Assembly (NCBI GenBank): GCA_043766165.1
Contig: JAYUIJ010000011.1
Location: 1 to 33,541, forward strand
DNA from: Candidatus Kerfeldbacteria bacterium
Lineage (GTDB): Bacteria > Patescibacteriota > Patescibacteriia > SBBC01 > CAIJZX01
Direction of reading: 5' to 3'
DNA: 33,541 nucleotides
A model generated the notes under the pieces. It was not told where the DNA came from. It did no database searches and worked only from the letters and a program-made list of their open reading frames with translations. Of this stretch, positions 8,417-16,827 are shown in pieces. Made by a program: the position numbers and the translations under genes. Position 1 is the first letter of the stretch; each line of letters starts with the position of its first letter.

Positions 8417-8962
8417 ATGCTGAATCTCAATTTACTTCCACCACGCAATAAGCAAGCATTACAACAAGCCAGTGTTTCACGGCAGTGGATGCATGGAATT
8501 ATCGTCTTGCTACTAATGACTTGTATTGGAACCGGCGTTGTCATCGGGACCTGGAGTATTCTCAAACGACATGCACAACACGTTCATGCCACCCTCGAGA
8601 CACTTCGCCAGCAACAAGCCCAGAGCACTGGGACTGATATTGCTAAAACCACCTCCGAACTGAATAGTACTATTAAAACACTTGATGCCACTCTTGGTAC
8701 ACCGCGTTCGTGGGCAGCGGATACGGCCTTATTGTTAGCGACTCTCCCAACTGGCGTAACGTTATCGTCTACGACCATGCAAGCTAATGGCTCATTCCAT
8801 TTGATCGGAATCGCCCAAAGCCGACAAGTTTTTGAAACGCTTGATCAGGCGTTGAAGTCTAGTCCGCACCTATCGAAAGTAAACACTACCTCAACCGCTT
8901 CAAAGCGAACCGCCGTGCCGTTTGATTATACCGGTCAGATCATTTCCGCCGTACAGCCATGA
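8417..8962 (+). CDS. pilN: PilN-like bitopic pilus alignment protein
   Basis: Starts 'MLNLNLLP', the canonical PilN N-terminal motif, followed by a single TM helix. Position after pilM supports the call. Confidence 0.6.
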   Translation: MLNLNLLPPRNKQALQQASVSRQWMHGIIVLLLMTCIGTGVVIGTWSILKRHAQHVHATLETLRQQQAQSTGTDIAKTTSELNSTIKTLDATLGTPRSWAADTALLLATLPTGVTLSSTTMQANGSFHLIGIAQSRQVFETLDQALKSSPHLSKVNTTSTASKRTAVPFDYTGQIISAVQP

Positions 8963-9477
8963 ACACCAAGGTTCAAACATTTGGCCAACTGAGCTTACTA
9001 GTACTTGGCGTACTGCTCTTAGCGGCGGGAAACATTTTTTATTTTATTCCACAAATACATACCTTGCGACAGGCAATTGATGGTGATCGAGCTTCGACCG
9101 CGATTGTTAAACAACAGCAATCTAGTTTGGCGCAACTCAGCCGCGACGTCGAATCAATCAAGACGAAGCAAACGGAAATGAATACACACGTCTGGTTATT
9201 TATCAAGGAAGATGACTTTTTTACATTTATCGCTGAGGTGACAAAAAGTAAAAGCGTGACTATAGCTGATCCAAATATAGCCGACGCAACTCCAACTGGC
9301 GCGATTCTACCGCGGACTGTTAGTTTTACCATTACTGGTTCGCTGACTAACGCTTTAGCCGCGGTCACTGAACTGCAAAAACACACACCCTTGATTGCGC
9401 TACAACAACTCAGCGTCGCCGCTGGAAAAGGAGATCAAGTAAACGTGGTAGTAACTGGGACAACCTTATGGAAATAA
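8959..9477 (+). CDS. pilO: PilO-like bitopic pilus alignment protein
   Basis: ATGA overlap with pilN, an N-terminal TM helix, a coiled-coil segment and a C-terminal globular part. Assignment rests on position and architecture. Confidence 0.5.
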   Translation: MNTKVQTFGQLSLLVLGVLLLAAGNIFYFIPQIHTLRQAIDGDRASTAIVKQQQSSLAQLSRDVESIKTKQTEMNTHVWLFIKEDDFFTFIAEVTKSKSVTIADPNIADATPTGAILPRTVSFTITGSLTNALAAVTELQKHTPLIALQQLSVAAGKGDQVNVVVTGTTLWK

Positions 9478-9767
9478 CGACCACCGCATACCGAAAACAG
9501 TTTGCACCAGTTGGCGCATTCATTCAACGCCACGTTTTGCTGATCGCTTTAATTATTGGCCTACTCTGGAATGCCATAAGTTTATGGGAAAGTTGGACCC
9601 AGTATGCCGATAAAGTGCTCGCGGGAAACAGTATTAGCGCCAAACAGCTTCGGGTGAATGAAAGTCAGCGTTTGCAGCTCATTAAACGATTACAAAGCTA
9701 TCATCAACCAACAGCCGCCACCTCTGTTCCGCCGATCACGTACCAAGGTGATACAACCGGCCAATAA
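9468..9767 (+). CDS. Small single-TM protein at the end of the pilus operon, unknown function
   Basis: 99 aa, overlaps pilO by 10 nt, has one hydrophobic helix and no prepilin leader motif. Confidence 0.4.
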   Translation: MEITTTAYRKQFAPVGAFIQRHVLLIALIIGLLWNAISLWESWTQYADKVLAGNSISAKQLRVNESQRLQLIKRLQSYHQPTAATSVPPITYQGDTTGQ

Positions 9768-9810
9768 TCTATCTTCTAGGTGCTTTATGGGCTGATCCGG
9801 TCGGACCAGG

Positions 9811-9839
9811 TTGACAGTCTTTCTCGTTGTCGGTATACT
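9811..9839 (+). promoter_or_regulatory. Sigma70-type promoter for rpmA (TTGACA-N17-TATACT)
   Basis: TTGACA at 9811..9816, 17-nt spacer, TATACT at 9834..9839. Confidence 0.55.
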
Positions 9840-9883
9840 TATTCCCGCGCTCTTGGCGCATCTTCAAGCATTGTCATTGACCC

Positions 9884-10159
9884 ATGGCTCACACTAAATC
9901 CGGCGGCTCCACAGCATTAGGCCGCGATTCCCACAGCAAACGACTTGGCGTTAAACTTTTCGACGGCCAACGCGCCCGCGCCGGAGCTGTTCTTGTTCGT
10001 CAACGTGGTTCAAAATTCATTCCAGGTGATAATGTGGCTCGCGGCGGTGACGACACCTTGTTTGCTACAGCAACTGGTATTGTGGCCATCAAAACTCGTA
10101 CTAAAATCGGCTTCAACGGCAAGCGAACGCAACGACGGTACGTCCACGTTCAGGCATAA
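9884..10159 (+). CDS. rpmA: 50S ribosomal protein L27
   Basis: '[24 protein letters not shown]...' is the canonical L27 N-terminus; 91 aa. Confidence 0.95.
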   Translation: MAHTKSGGSTALGRDSHSKRLGVKLFDGQRARAGAVLVRQRGSKFIPGDNVARGGDDTLFATATGIVAIKTRTKIGFNGKRTQRRYVHVQA

Positions 10160-10171
10160 ATTCTGCTTCAT

Positions 10172-10201
10172 AACAACTGCCCGCTCTGGCGGGTTGTTGT
10201 T
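10172..10201. terminator. Hairpin between convergent rpmA and pyrG (probably a bidirectional terminator)
   Basis: AACAACTGCCCGC-TCTG-GCGGGTTGTTGTT with a 2-nt internal mismatch and T-rich sequence after it. It overlaps the pyrG stop. Confidence 0.5.
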
Positions 10202-11837
10202 ATTTCTTTTTCTTCGATAGACCCGCTTTCAATAAGCCCACAAACAACGGATGTGGACTGAGCGGGCGCGACAGTAATTCCGGATGAAACTGTGTTCCGA
10301 CGAACCAGGGATGATCGTTCAGTTCTAGAATTTCTACTAACTTTCGTTGCGGTTCTTCACCGGCCACAATCATGCCCGCTTTCTCAAAGGCTTCACGATA
10401 GATGTTTTGAAACTCATAGCGGTGACGATGGCGTTCTTCAATTTTTCGTTTTCCATAAGCCCCCGCAGTTTTCGTGTTTGGAATAAGACGGCACGAGTAA
10501 GCACCAAGCCGCATTGAGCCGCCTAAATGTTTCTCTTTGAGTAAGTATTCTTGTTCCGGCAAGATATCAATAATTGGCTTTGGTGTTTTTGGATTAACTT
10601 CAGTCGTGTTCGCTTCACGCCAGCGGAGGACATGGCGAGCAAATTCAACGGCCATTAATTGCATCCCGTAACATAATCCTAAGCAAGGAATTTTTTTAGT
10701 TCGGGCGTACTGCAAAGCCGCAATTTTTCCCTCAACTCCCCGACTCCCAAATCCACCTGGGATGATGACCGCGTCAACCGTGTCAAGCTCGTGGAGTTTT
10801 TTTGGGTCGCGTTCATACTGTTCGGCATTCAACCAAGAAATTTCAACGGGTCGTTTCAATGACCATGCAGCATGCTTAATTGCTTCAATTACAGATACGT
10901 ACGAATCGCTTAATGTAAACGAGCCGGTGGTGAAATATTTACCAATGATGGCGACGCGCAGTGGTTTTACCGACGAAGCTGAATGACTGACCATCCGTTT
11001 CCAGTCTTTTAAATCTTTTTTCTTGGCGGGCAGATCGAATTTAACGAGGATTTTTTCCGCCAGACGTTCACGTTCAAAATTTAAGGGTACGGTATAAATA
11101 TTTTTCACATCAGGCGCGGAAATAATATCGCCCGGGTGCATATTGCAATTAACGGACAATTTTTCTTTGCGCGGTCCATCGAGCGGCTCCGCAGCGCGGC
11201 CAAGAATAAAGTTTGGTTGAATACCGGCCGCATTCAATGTCCGGACGGCGTACTGCGTCGGTTTGGTTTTCATTTCGCCGAGCTGGCCAGGAACCGGTAA
11301 GTAGCTCAGTAAAATAAATTGGACTCGGCCCGGCATCCGGAGATGCATCATCCGGGCTGCTTCCAGGAACAACATATTTTGATATTCACCAACTGTGCCG
11401 CCAATTTCAACTAACTGTATATCCGATTTATTGACGCGGGCCGCCGTGGTAATCCGATGAATGACTTCTTCAGGAACATGTGGCACTACTTCGACGCATT
11501 TTCCACCGTATCCTAGCGCCCGTTCACGTTCAATGACTGATAAATAGACCTGGCCAGTGGTCATGTAATCATGGCGGGTCAATGTGACATCAAGAAAACG
11601 TTCGTAGTTACCGATATCCTGATCGGTTTCTAAACCATCAGCGGTGACAAATACTTCACCATGCTCAGTTGGATTCATGGTTCCGGCGTCAACGTTTATG
11701 TAGGGATCGATTTTCATGGCTGCTACGCGATAGCCGCGACTTTTTAGCAGTAAGCCAATGGAAGAGACAGCAATGCCCTTACCTAAACCTGATAATACAC
11801 CGCCGACAACAAAAATATATCGTGGTTTATTAGCCAT
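10200..11837 (-). CDS. pyrG: CTP synthase
   Basis: 545 aa. N-terminal synthetase domain 'YIFVVGGVLSGLGKGI' and C-terminal glutamine amidotransferase domain 'GLCYGMQ'. Confidence 0.97.
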   Translation of the reverse strand: MANKPRYIFVVGGVLSGLGKGIAVSSIGLLLKSRGYRVAAMKIDPYINVDAGTMNPTEHGEVFVTADGLETDQDIGNYERFLDVTLTRHDYMTTGQVYLSVIERERALGYGGKCVEVVPHVPEEVIHRITTAARVNKSDIQLVEIGGTVGEYQNMLFLEAARMMHLRMPGRVQFILLSYLPVPGQLGEMKTKPTQYAVRTLNAAGIQPNFILGRAAEPLDGPRKEKLSVNCNMHPGDIISAPDVKNIYTVPLNFERERLAEKILVKFDLPAKKKDLKDWKRMVSHSASSVKPLRVAIIGKYFTTGSFTLSDSYVSVIEAIKHAAWSLKRPVEISWLNAEQYERDPKKLHELDTVDAVIIPGGFGSRGVEGKIAALQYARTKKIPCLGLCYGMQLMAVEFARHVLRWREANTTEVNPKTPKPIIDILPEQEYLLKEKHLGGSMRLGAYSCRLIPNTKTAGAYGKRKIEERHRHRYEFQNIYREAFEKAGMIVAGEEPQRKLVEILELNDHPWFVGTQFHPELLSRPLSPHPLFVGLLKAGLSKKKK

Positions 11838-12273
11838 TGGTGATATCGAGAGTTAATGGAAATGGCGGGACATCTTCAATGGTGACATTCAGTTGATGTT
11901 GGCCGACGGTTTTTACATGATCCGGTTGACTTCGAAAACGATTAATCTTGAGATGGAATTGATGCTCAAGTTGTTGACGAATCGCTTCAGCTTTTATTGA
12001 AGCAAAGAGTTTTCCTTGTGGGTTTGCTTTTCCGCTCATAGGTACGGTTTGGCCTTGAAGCTTGACTATCAGCGCCTGAATGTCCGTCTGATGCTGAGCG
12101 ATTGCCTGCTGTGTCTGGGCTTGATGATGTTGATGGTCATGCACAACTTTCGTCGTCGCCGCCACCGCTAACTTTTTTGGCAACAGAAAATTCCGGGCAT
12201 GTGCATCGCCAACCGTAACGATTTCTCCTGCTCGTCCGATTCCCGCAACTGGTTTGAGTAATTGAACTTTCAT
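11830..12273 (-). CDS. rplI: 50S ribosomal protein L9
   Basis: 'MKVQLLKPVAGIGRAGEIVTVGDAHARNFLLPKKLA' is a typical L9 N-domain. Long Q/H-rich linker. Confidence 0.9.
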   Translation of the reverse strand: MKVQLLKPVAGIGRAGEIVTVGDAHARNFLLPKKLAVAATTKVVHDHQHHQAQTQQAIAQHQTDIQALIVKLQGQTVPMSGKANPQGKLFASIKAEAIRQQLEHQFHLKINRFRSQPDHVKTVGQHQLNVTIEDVPPFPLTLDITNG

Positions 12274-13496
12274 GAGGCTGTCGCTGGACTTAAAATATCA
12301 AGTGCTTTGTCGCGTTGTGGATCGAGCGTACTGTCAGCCGTAGCATCCGTTGGCGCGGCTACTACTACGTCTGGAGTAATACCGTGATCAGAAATGGAGC
12401 GACCTTTTGGGGTAAACCATTTAGCAACCGTCAACTTCAAACTTGAACCATCATCCAGCGTTTCGTAATCTTGAACCGAGCCTTTGCCAAAGGTCTGCGT
12501 CCCAACAATTGTGCCGTGACCGGAATCTTGCAGGGCGCCGGCGACGATTTCTGAAGCCGAAGCACTACCGCCATTAACCAGGATTACCACTTTTTTATCA
12601 GCCATGGTCGCATTGCCTAGGGCATCAAAATTTTTGTGTTTTCCATTACGGTCAACTTCTGAAACGATAATGCCGCTTTGAATAAAAATGCTACCGACGT
12701 CAACTGCCTGATCAAGGTATCCACCTGGATTGTTGCGAACATCAATCAGGATACTATCGAGTGAGGTCGCATTGAGACTATTCATTTTGGCTCGTAATTC
12801 ATGACCAGTATCTTTATCGAAACTGTTAACCGTGAATTCGCCAATTTTTTTGCCATTATGCTCAGTTACTTTTCCTTCCACCGACGCCACTATAATTTTT
12901 TCTCGCGTCAGAGTAAAAGACCGGACCGTATCCTCTTTCGCCCGCTGGATAGTCAAGGTCACCGATGTTCCTTGTTTTCCGCGAACAGTATTCACCACAT
13001 CGTCTAGAGTCATAGTCGACACATCTTTTTTGTCCACGGTGATAATAGTATCTCCCGCTAGTAATCCCGCCTTTTCGGCTGGTGATTTTGGGAGCGGCGC
13101 AATGACCACAATTTTTTTGTCTTTATAGCCAAGTTGCATACCCACACCTTCAAAGGTGCCACTCAATTCATCTTCAAACTTTTTGGCCGAATCGGCTGAA
13201 AGATAGGTCGAGTATGGATCACCTAGGCCACTGACTAAGCCCGTTAATGCACCTTCTAAGAGATTATGATCATTAATATTGGCGTTGACATATTGTTGAT
13301 GCAGCCGATCCCAAACATCTTGAAGTTGCTGAAAATCAGCGCCTTTTGGTTGTGGTTTGAGACTGGCAATGGCGGCTGAGAGTGTGGTTGATGAACCAGC
13401 TTGCTGACCAACGGCTGTCACATAGACACCCGTGCCGAAACCCAGCAAGAGCAAAACGATAATACCAAAGACACGAGAGTTAGGTTTTTGGGTCAT
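12270..13496 (-). CDS. Carboxy-terminal processing protease (peptidase S41) with PDZ domain
   Basis: N-terminal TM helix, a PDZ segment and the S41 catalytic region 'LVNGGSASASEIVAGALQD'. ATGA overlap with rplI. Confidence 0.9.
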   Translation of the reverse strand: MTQKPNSRVFGIIVLLLLGFGTGVYVTAVGQQAGSSTTLSAAIASLKPQPKGADFQQLQDVWDRLHQQYVNANINDHNLLEGALTGLVSGLGDPYSTYLSADSAKKFEDELSGTFEGVGMQLGYKDKKIVVIAPLPKSPAEKAGLLAGDTIITVDKKDVSTMTLDDVVNTVRGKQGTSVTLTIQRAKEDTVRSFTLTREKIIVASVEGKVTEHNGKKIGEFTVNSFDKDTGHELRAKMNSLNATSLDSILIDVRNNPGGYLDQAVDVGSIFIQSGIIVSEVDRNGKHKNFDALGNATMADKKVVILVNGGSASASEIVAGALQDSGHGTIVGTQTFGKGSVQDYETLDDGSSLKLTVAKWFTPKGRSISDHGITPDVVVAAPTDATADSTLDPQRDKALDILSPATAS

Positions 13497-14785
13497 GAAT
13501 TTTTTCGAACAATAGTTGCATCAAGCGTTTGTAAGCGAGCGACCAGATCCTGATATCCTCGATCAAGATGTTCAGTGCCGGTCAAGGTTGAGGTGCCGTT
13601 AGCAATCAAGGCGGCAATAAGATGAGCCATGCCGGCGCGGATATCGGGCACGACAATTTCTGCAGCTTGCAATTGGGTTGGGCCGATAACACGACAACTG
13701 TGCATGCATCCTTGACCATGCCAACGACACGGCAATGTTCCAAAGCAGTCGGCACTGACCTCAATGTTCGCACCCATCGCATTCAGCATCTTAATGTACC
13801 CAAATCGATCTTCATAGACAGTTTCGTGCACGGTTGACTCCCCTTCAGCCTGTGTCATAACGGCCACTAATGGTTGCTGCCAATCGGTCATGTAGCCCGG
13901 ATGCGTGTCAGTTTCAACCTGGACACCGTGCAACGTACCGCGGCGCATAAATCGAATGCCCGTTGGTAAAACTTCAAAATCGCCACCCATTCGGCGGATG
14001 GTGGTCAAAAATGTGACGAGGTCTTGTTGGCGCGCATCCTCAACAAAAATATCACCCTTGGTAGCCAAGGCTAAACAGCCGAACGAGGCGGCTTCGATTC
14101 GATCAGGAATAATCCGGTATGTGGTGCCGTGAAGTTTTTCCACGCCATCAATAATGACCGTTCGATTTGTTCCAAGTTCAATAATCGCTCCCATGGTTTG
14201 CAACATTTGCAACAAATCAACGACTTCTGGTTCAGTCGCAGCGTTACGAATGCAGGTTCGGCCTTCAGCTAAGACTGCCGCTAAAACAATCGTCTCAGTC
14301 GCACCCACGCTGGGATACGGCAATGTTATGGTTGTACCGTGTAACCGTTTTGCTTTAGCCCGAAATGAGGAGGGTGTTATTTCAACCTCCGCCCCCATAG
14401 CTTTGAGTGCGTCGAGATGAAAATTTACTGGCCGCGCGCCAATCATATCCCCGCCGACTACCGGAACCTCACCATGGCCCGTACGGTTGACTAAAATTCC
14501 CAAGGCCAAAATCGGTAAACGATTTTTTCGACTCAACTCGGGGACCGTATTCCGCGCAATAGTGCTGGTTGTTACTTTCCAACGATGGCCGTCTCGATCA
14601 ACGCGACCGCCAATGCTTGAAATGAGTTCGGCAGCGATATCGGTTTCCCCAAGCAACGGTACATTATCAATCGTTGAGGGCTCGTCACTGAGCATGGTCG
14701 CTAAAAGAATTTTGTTAGCGGCGTTTTTTGCACCTGAAAGGGTAACAGTACCATGGAGCGGTCGCCCGCCCGTGACAGAGAACAT
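13493..14785 (-). CDS. murA: UDP-N-acetylglucosamine 1-carboxyvinyltransferase
   Basis: 430 aa with the MurA N-terminus 'GTVTLSGAKNAANK'. The active-site loop reads 'GGDMIGARPV', with Asp where E. coli has Cys115. ATGA overlap with the protease gene. Confidence 0.95.
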   Translation of the reverse strand: MFSVTGGRPLHGTVTLSGAKNAANKILLATMLSDEPSTIDNVPLLGETDIAAELISSIGGRVDRDGHRWKVTTSTIARNTVPELSRKNRLPILALGILVNRTGHGEVPVVGGDMIGARPVNFHLDALKAMGAEVEITPSSFRAKAKRLHGTTITLPYPSVGATETIVLAAVLAEGRTCIRNAATEPEVVDLLQMLQTMGAIIELGTNRTVIIDGVEKLHGTTYRIIPDRIEAASFGCLALATKGDIFVEDARQQDLVTFLTTIRRMGGDFEVLPTGIRFMRRGTLHGVQVETDTHPGYMTDWQQPLVAVMTQAEGESTVHETVYEDRFGYIKMLNAMGANIEVSADCFGTLPCRWHGQGCMHSCRVIGPTQLQAAEIVVPDIRAGMAHLIAALIANGTSTLTGTEHLDRGYQDLVARLQTLDATIVRKNS

Positions 14786-14885
14786 AGATGGTGACGTGGG
14801 TTGGTGAACGTGGTAGACTGCGTGAACCTATGGGGCCACGATTCATGTATCGTACCAGTCAAAACTGTCGTCGTCAACGCGCCTT

Positions 14886-16184
14886 ATGACCCACCGCGCT
14901 CGTCGTTTATATTCAACCCTCGCCATTCTGCTGTTCGCTATTAGCGCGCCGGCGATTGTCTTGTGGACGAGTGGCTATCGCTGGTCGGGCTGGCATTCGG
15001 GGTTAACCAAAACGGGTGCTATCTACATATCTAGTGAACCGAAAGCCAACCTCTTTGTGAATGGCGTTCTGCATGGACAAACGCCGCAGCGCCTCATCCA
15101 CCTCACCCCCGGTACTTACACCATTGAACTACAAAAATCCGGTTACGGGGTCTGGCATCGAGATGTTAAAGTTACTCCCGGTGGCGGTCAGACATTAGGA
15201 CCGGTTGTTTTATTTCCAGCTACTTTTAGCGTCACCTATCAAACCACTGATACCGATCAACAATTTATTGCTGCCGCAGATCAACGAGTCATCTACAGTG
15301 TCCAACCTCGAGCCGCGGAGTGGGATGTATATGAAGTCTGGCCAAGCACGAATCAAACGCATACCCTCTTGCCATGGCAACCTACAAGCGTGTTGATTAG
15401 CCCAAACCGCCAGTTGAGTATTTTTACAAGTACTACAGAAATTGCCGTCGTGAATCGCTCCACGGCTGATCATGTCTGGCAAGTGCCGGCGCCTGCATCA
15501 ATGCACTGGGGCGACAATGCGGACACACTGTTTTACGGCTTAGTCGACGGTCACATTGTCCGTTTTGATGCTTTAAAAAATGCGACCGAGCAATTAAGCA
15601 TCGCTGATTCATTCACGGTCAAGGGAGATACGATCTGGTTAACACAGTATAGTAATAATGAAACTCACCTGGCCCGACAAAAAACATTTGGTCAGGCTGT
15701 ACCTGACGCGGTAGTCAGTTGGCCTAGCGAGTGGATACTTCGTTCCGAACCAACCGCCCGAGTTTTTGCAGAAAACACTACGACACATGAAGTAGTTGAA
15801 ATCCAGCCGAACACCTTAGGTACGCAAATTACCACCCATAGTTTAGGCACGGTTGATCAACTATGGGATCAGCAGAATAACCAACCACCGATTTGGTTAC
15901 GAGGCAATGATATTATTACTCGCAATGCTGACGGCAATACCCTGCTCGTTGATCGAACAACACCACCGCTCTTTAGTCAATGGCTGGTCCCGTATCATCT
16001 CCTGATGACTGCTGACGATCATCTTATTCGGATTGCCAGTGTTAGTAGTCGCCAAGGCCGCGGCACGCTGCTTGAACGACGATTTGACGAGAGTATTTCT
16101 GTCTTAGGCGTCGACGTAGAGCAACGAGTCTTGGTTGTACAAACCGACGAAAAAATCCCACGCTTAGTGGCTATACATTGGTAA
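14886..16184 (+). CDS. PEGA domain-containing membrane-anchored protein
   Basis: N-terminal TM helix, then a PEGA-type beta domain ('YISSEPKANLFVNGVLHGQTPQRL..LTPGTYTIELQKSGY'). The C-terminal region is long and uncharacterised. Confidence 0.7.
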   Translation: MTHRARRLYSTLAILLFAISAPAIVLWTSGYRWSGWHSGLTKTGAIYISSEPKANLFVNGVLHGQTPQRLIHLTPGTYTIELQKSGYGVWHRDVKVTPGGGQTLGPVVLFPATFSVTYQTTDTDQQFIAAADQRVIYSVQPRAAEWDVYEVWPSTNQTHTLLPWQPTSVLISPNRQLSIFTSTTEIAVVNRSTADHVWQVPAPASMHWGDNADTLFYGLVDGHIVRFDALKNATEQLSIADSFTVKGDTIWLTQYSNNETHLARQKTFGQAVPDAVVSWPSEWILRSEPTARVFAENTTTHEVVEIQPNTLGTQITTHSLGTVDQLWDQQNNQPPIWLRGNDIITRNADGNTLLVDRTTPPLFSQWLVPYHLLMTADDHLIRIASVSSRQGRGTLLERRFDESISVLGVDVEQRVLVVQTDEKIPRLVAIHW

Positions 16185-16192
16185 GCTAATTG

Positions 16193-16366
16193 TTACTTTG
16201 TTCTGCTGTGCTTGATGACTAATAGGAGTAAGGCAGTACTGACTAGCCAAACGTAACCACTGTTCACCCCGGCTGAAACACTGCCCGGGCGCCAACTTTC
16301 TAGTGCCGCAAGGATAGCTAACCCCCCAATGTTCACGGCTATAGTCATGTCCGTTAGGCGTTTCAT
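16193..16366 (-). CDS. Unlisted 57-aa small membrane protein (two predicted TM helices)
   Basis: Hand translation gives MKRLTDMTIAVNIGGLAILAALESWRPGSVSAGVNSGYVWLVSTALLLLVIKHSRTK. Its ATG overlaps the TGA of the upstream ORF (ATGA at 16363..16366). It falls below the 60-aa cutoff of the ORF track. Confidence 0.4.
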   Translation of the reverse strand: MKRLTDMTIAVNIGGLAILAALESWRPGSVSAGVNSGYVWLVSTALLLLVIKHSRTK

Positions 16367-16827
16367 GGCCGAACAAGCGTTAGAGATATAGTCTGAAGTT
16401 CTATGGCCGCGGTAGCTGCACTCAACCGGACTGAGAATGATCGCGTGGCCACTGCTGTATCTTGCCAGGTAATTGGCACGGTTAATACCTGCCCAGCAGT
16501 CGTGGTCGCCGTTTGCAGAGTTGATGCATTTTTTGTATTCACAACGGCGGTGACGACCCCGTCGCCAGGGGTCGAAGTAATCAGCAACAATGCACGATCA
16601 AAGGCTCGGGGAACGGTAATATTAAACGTCCGTGATTCATTAGCGCCAAGACGAACTGGCCGCGTCTCGGGAGTCTTTGTCCAATGGAAGGTCGTGGTCG
16701 GTTGACTGAGATTATGCCAATGCAATGTGATTGATCTCGTACCAATCATTTGCGTTCGCGCGATCAGAACGACGATAAACATCCAGAAAGTAATGGTTAC
16801 TGTAAGCAGTAGTCGTGATCCGTTCAT
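16363..16827 (-). CDS. Hypothetical membrane-anchored/secreted protein, 154 aa
   Basis: The ATG at 16827 forms an ATGA overlap with the stop of the upstream GT-C gene. An N-terminal hydrophobic helix is followed by a T/A-rich beta-like domain. Confidence 0.55.
   Translation of the reverse strand: MNGSRLLLTVTITFWMFIVVLIARTQMIGTRSITLHWHNLSQPTTTFHWTKTPETRPVRLGANESRTFNITVPRAFDRALLLITSTPGDGVVTAVVNTKNASTLQTATTTAGQVLTVPITWQDTAVATRSFSVRLSAATAAIELQTISLTLVRP

Noticed and set aside
16164-16376. 70-aa minus-strand ORF in the PEGA / 161-aa ORF intergenic region, and a possible tRNA there
   Set aside because: The translation is not protein-like and it overlaps the end of the PEGA gene. A different frame gives a coupled 57-aa two-TM ORF, which I report instead. 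I found no cloverleaf or T-loop (GTTCGAATC-like) signature.
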